Shown here piece after piece: positions 62,008 through 64,000 of a DNA stretch of 64,000 nt. The DNA comes from Podarcis bocagei. Lineage: Eukaryota. Both the position numbers and the translations under genes were made by a program. The notes beneath the pieces were generated by a model. It saw only the letters and a list, made by a program, of their open reading frames with translations, had not been told where the DNA came from and ran no database searches. Where the stretch lies: assembly GCA_964188305.1 (NCBI GenBank), contig OZ076890.1; one strand, written 5' to 3'. The stretch's first letter is position 1; each line of letters opens with the position of its first letter.

Positions 62008-64000
62008 GAAGAGTGGGCAAGAATCATTAACTCACGTTTCCATTAATGCTAACCAGGCTGCAAATCCAACAGGAATCTTCAATAGCTCCATTAGTGCTTG
62101 TGTTTATGATTATGCACCCTAGACAGCTGATTTGCAATAACTAAGACTGTTATACAGCAATAAAGCACAGAATGCTCTGTTTTTACAACAGATTAACTTT
62201 TTTCAGCCAGCCTTGCAGTTAGCCACTTGCCCACTCACATTTGGTGAGTAATGATTTCTTCTGATCACATAGCTTGCCAAACCCACTTCTGTGACGCTTA
62301 AAATACACGATGGCAGGCACATAGGCTGGTGGGGAAAAAATTGGTGGGGCTGGTAATTTTTTTAAAAAAATATTCATCTTCAAGGCTGCAAGAACAATTC
62401 AATGAAACAACAGGCTTTAAATTCAGCATTAATCTCAACCCAGGACAGCTTGGTAAGATTTGTCACTGACATTTGTATGTGTTTTACATGAGACACACTT
62501 TGTTCTGCTCTGGCCTCCAGTTCTGAAATCTGACATTTTCATGTTTGAGTGCATGAGCTCAGATTGTCATTCCGAATAATGAAATGCGCGCGAAACATTT
62601 TTTTTTAAAAAAAAAAATTCTAGTGACTCCCCCCCAGTTTTGAAGCACAATACTGTATTCATATAATTCCATTTCATTTCAGGATATTAGTTCTAGTGTG
62701 AAAGATGGAGGTTATTGTAATGAATAGTTAAGCGATGGGCTGTAGCGCAAGACAACGTGTTCTTGTTTTCTGCACTTGGAAACATTTATGAGGGGGATGT
62801 TCATGCCAGAAAGGGTATTGTAAGTTTTGGATTATAAAAAAATCTATAAAAAGTAAAAATAAAATAAAAAATATTAAGCAGTATTTTCATGTGGACTTAA
62901 GAATGCAGTGGTTTTCAGCCTGTGGTCTTGCAGATGGTGGGCTTCAACATCTGTCAACCCCAACCAGCACGACCAATGGTTAGCGATGATGGGAGCTGTA
63001 GTCCAATAGCTTCTGGAGGGCCACAGGTTGCCCACTACTGCTTTACTGGCAGCTTGGCCTGTTTTAATGAAATGTAGGCATTTGTATTGCTTTCTGAGCC
63101 AAGGAGGGGAGATTCTTAGGGAATGAATCCATGAGAGGCCCAGCCCTAGACATCTCTGCCCTATTTCCCAAGCCATCAGAGGGGAGCAAATCTGGGTTTT
63201 CTGGCTAGGTAGGAAGGGGGATATCTGAGCAGTTCTGCGGAACTCAAATGGGAGCCTCTTTTCTCTTTTCTTCTAATTGAGACTCTGTGCCTTTAATAAA
63301 GGGGCAGCCAATGTGGTTCCCTCTGGATGTTGTGACCTCCAAGTCCCATCCTCCTTGACCACTGACCATGTTGATGGTGGCTGATGGCAGCTGGAATTCA
63401 GAACATCTGAAAGTCACCATGTTGGCTGCCCCTTCTTTAACAGCGGCACGCAGAAATTCGACAAAATGCAGCTCCCCCATTATTGCATCCGTCTGCCAGA
63501 CAAAGCGGCTCCTGTTGAATGTCTGGCTGTTGCAGAGCAATTCGAAGCACCAAACCTCTGTCAGGGAAAAGCTGGCAAGCATTCTGAGTGGCCAAGGAGT
63601 AGAGCTGACTCAAAACCCAGGAATGGTTGGGGAGAGGAGAAGGGAATGGAACTGCTTGCGGGGGTGGGGTGCAATATAATGGGGAGCAAAAACCTCTGAC
63701 CTTGGACCCAGAATGTCTCCCCAAGAGTGTGGTTGCTATGCATTGACAGGAGTTTACACATCTTCTGAATGTCAAAGCGATATACCTTATTGTTTCAGTG
63801 ACGTCTCTCTGTATAAATCCATTACCTTTCCTTTGTGAAAAAAGAAATATTGAAAGTTATATTTTAAAAAAGCACTGTATGGTATATATTGATGGAAGAA
63901 TATTCCATATTGCTGACACTGTATCTTACTAATCAAAGGGCTGATTCAATCTTATGGGTTTGTTGTAGCACAAACTTCTTGTGCAGTAGGAACTATTGCC

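Overview
Vertebrate genomic DNA from a squamate reptile; the Sauria SINEs, BovB and tRNA/CR1-tail SINEs fit a lacertid-like lizard. The only host protein-coding gene I can support is GPR12, an orphan class A GPCR on the + strand (single coding exon 59061-60065, 334 aa). It has a CpG-island promoter and probable non-coding first exon at about 57.6-58.2 kb and a probable long 3' UTR. The upstream ~57 kb is transposon-rich intergenic sequence: BovB and other RTE LINE fragments, L1, CR1 and L2 fragments, Sauria and other tRNA-derived SINEs, several solo-LTR families, and many hAT (8-bp TSD) and Tc1/pogo (TA TSD) MITEs, with a few TE-free AT-rich blocks that may be enhancers. The three most unusual items are (1) a 508-bp hAT element with exact TSDs that carries what looks like a captured host CpG-island promoter/5' exon (Pack-type transposon), about 4.5 kb upstream of the GPR12 promoter; (2) a BovB insertion with a twin-priming-like 5' inversion and large deletion; and (3) a 5'-complete, TSD-flanked, ORF1-only L1 derivative (HAL1-like) inside a three-level nest. 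Almost all other ORFs in the track are spurious or TE-derived. Family names come from recalled motifs, not database searches.
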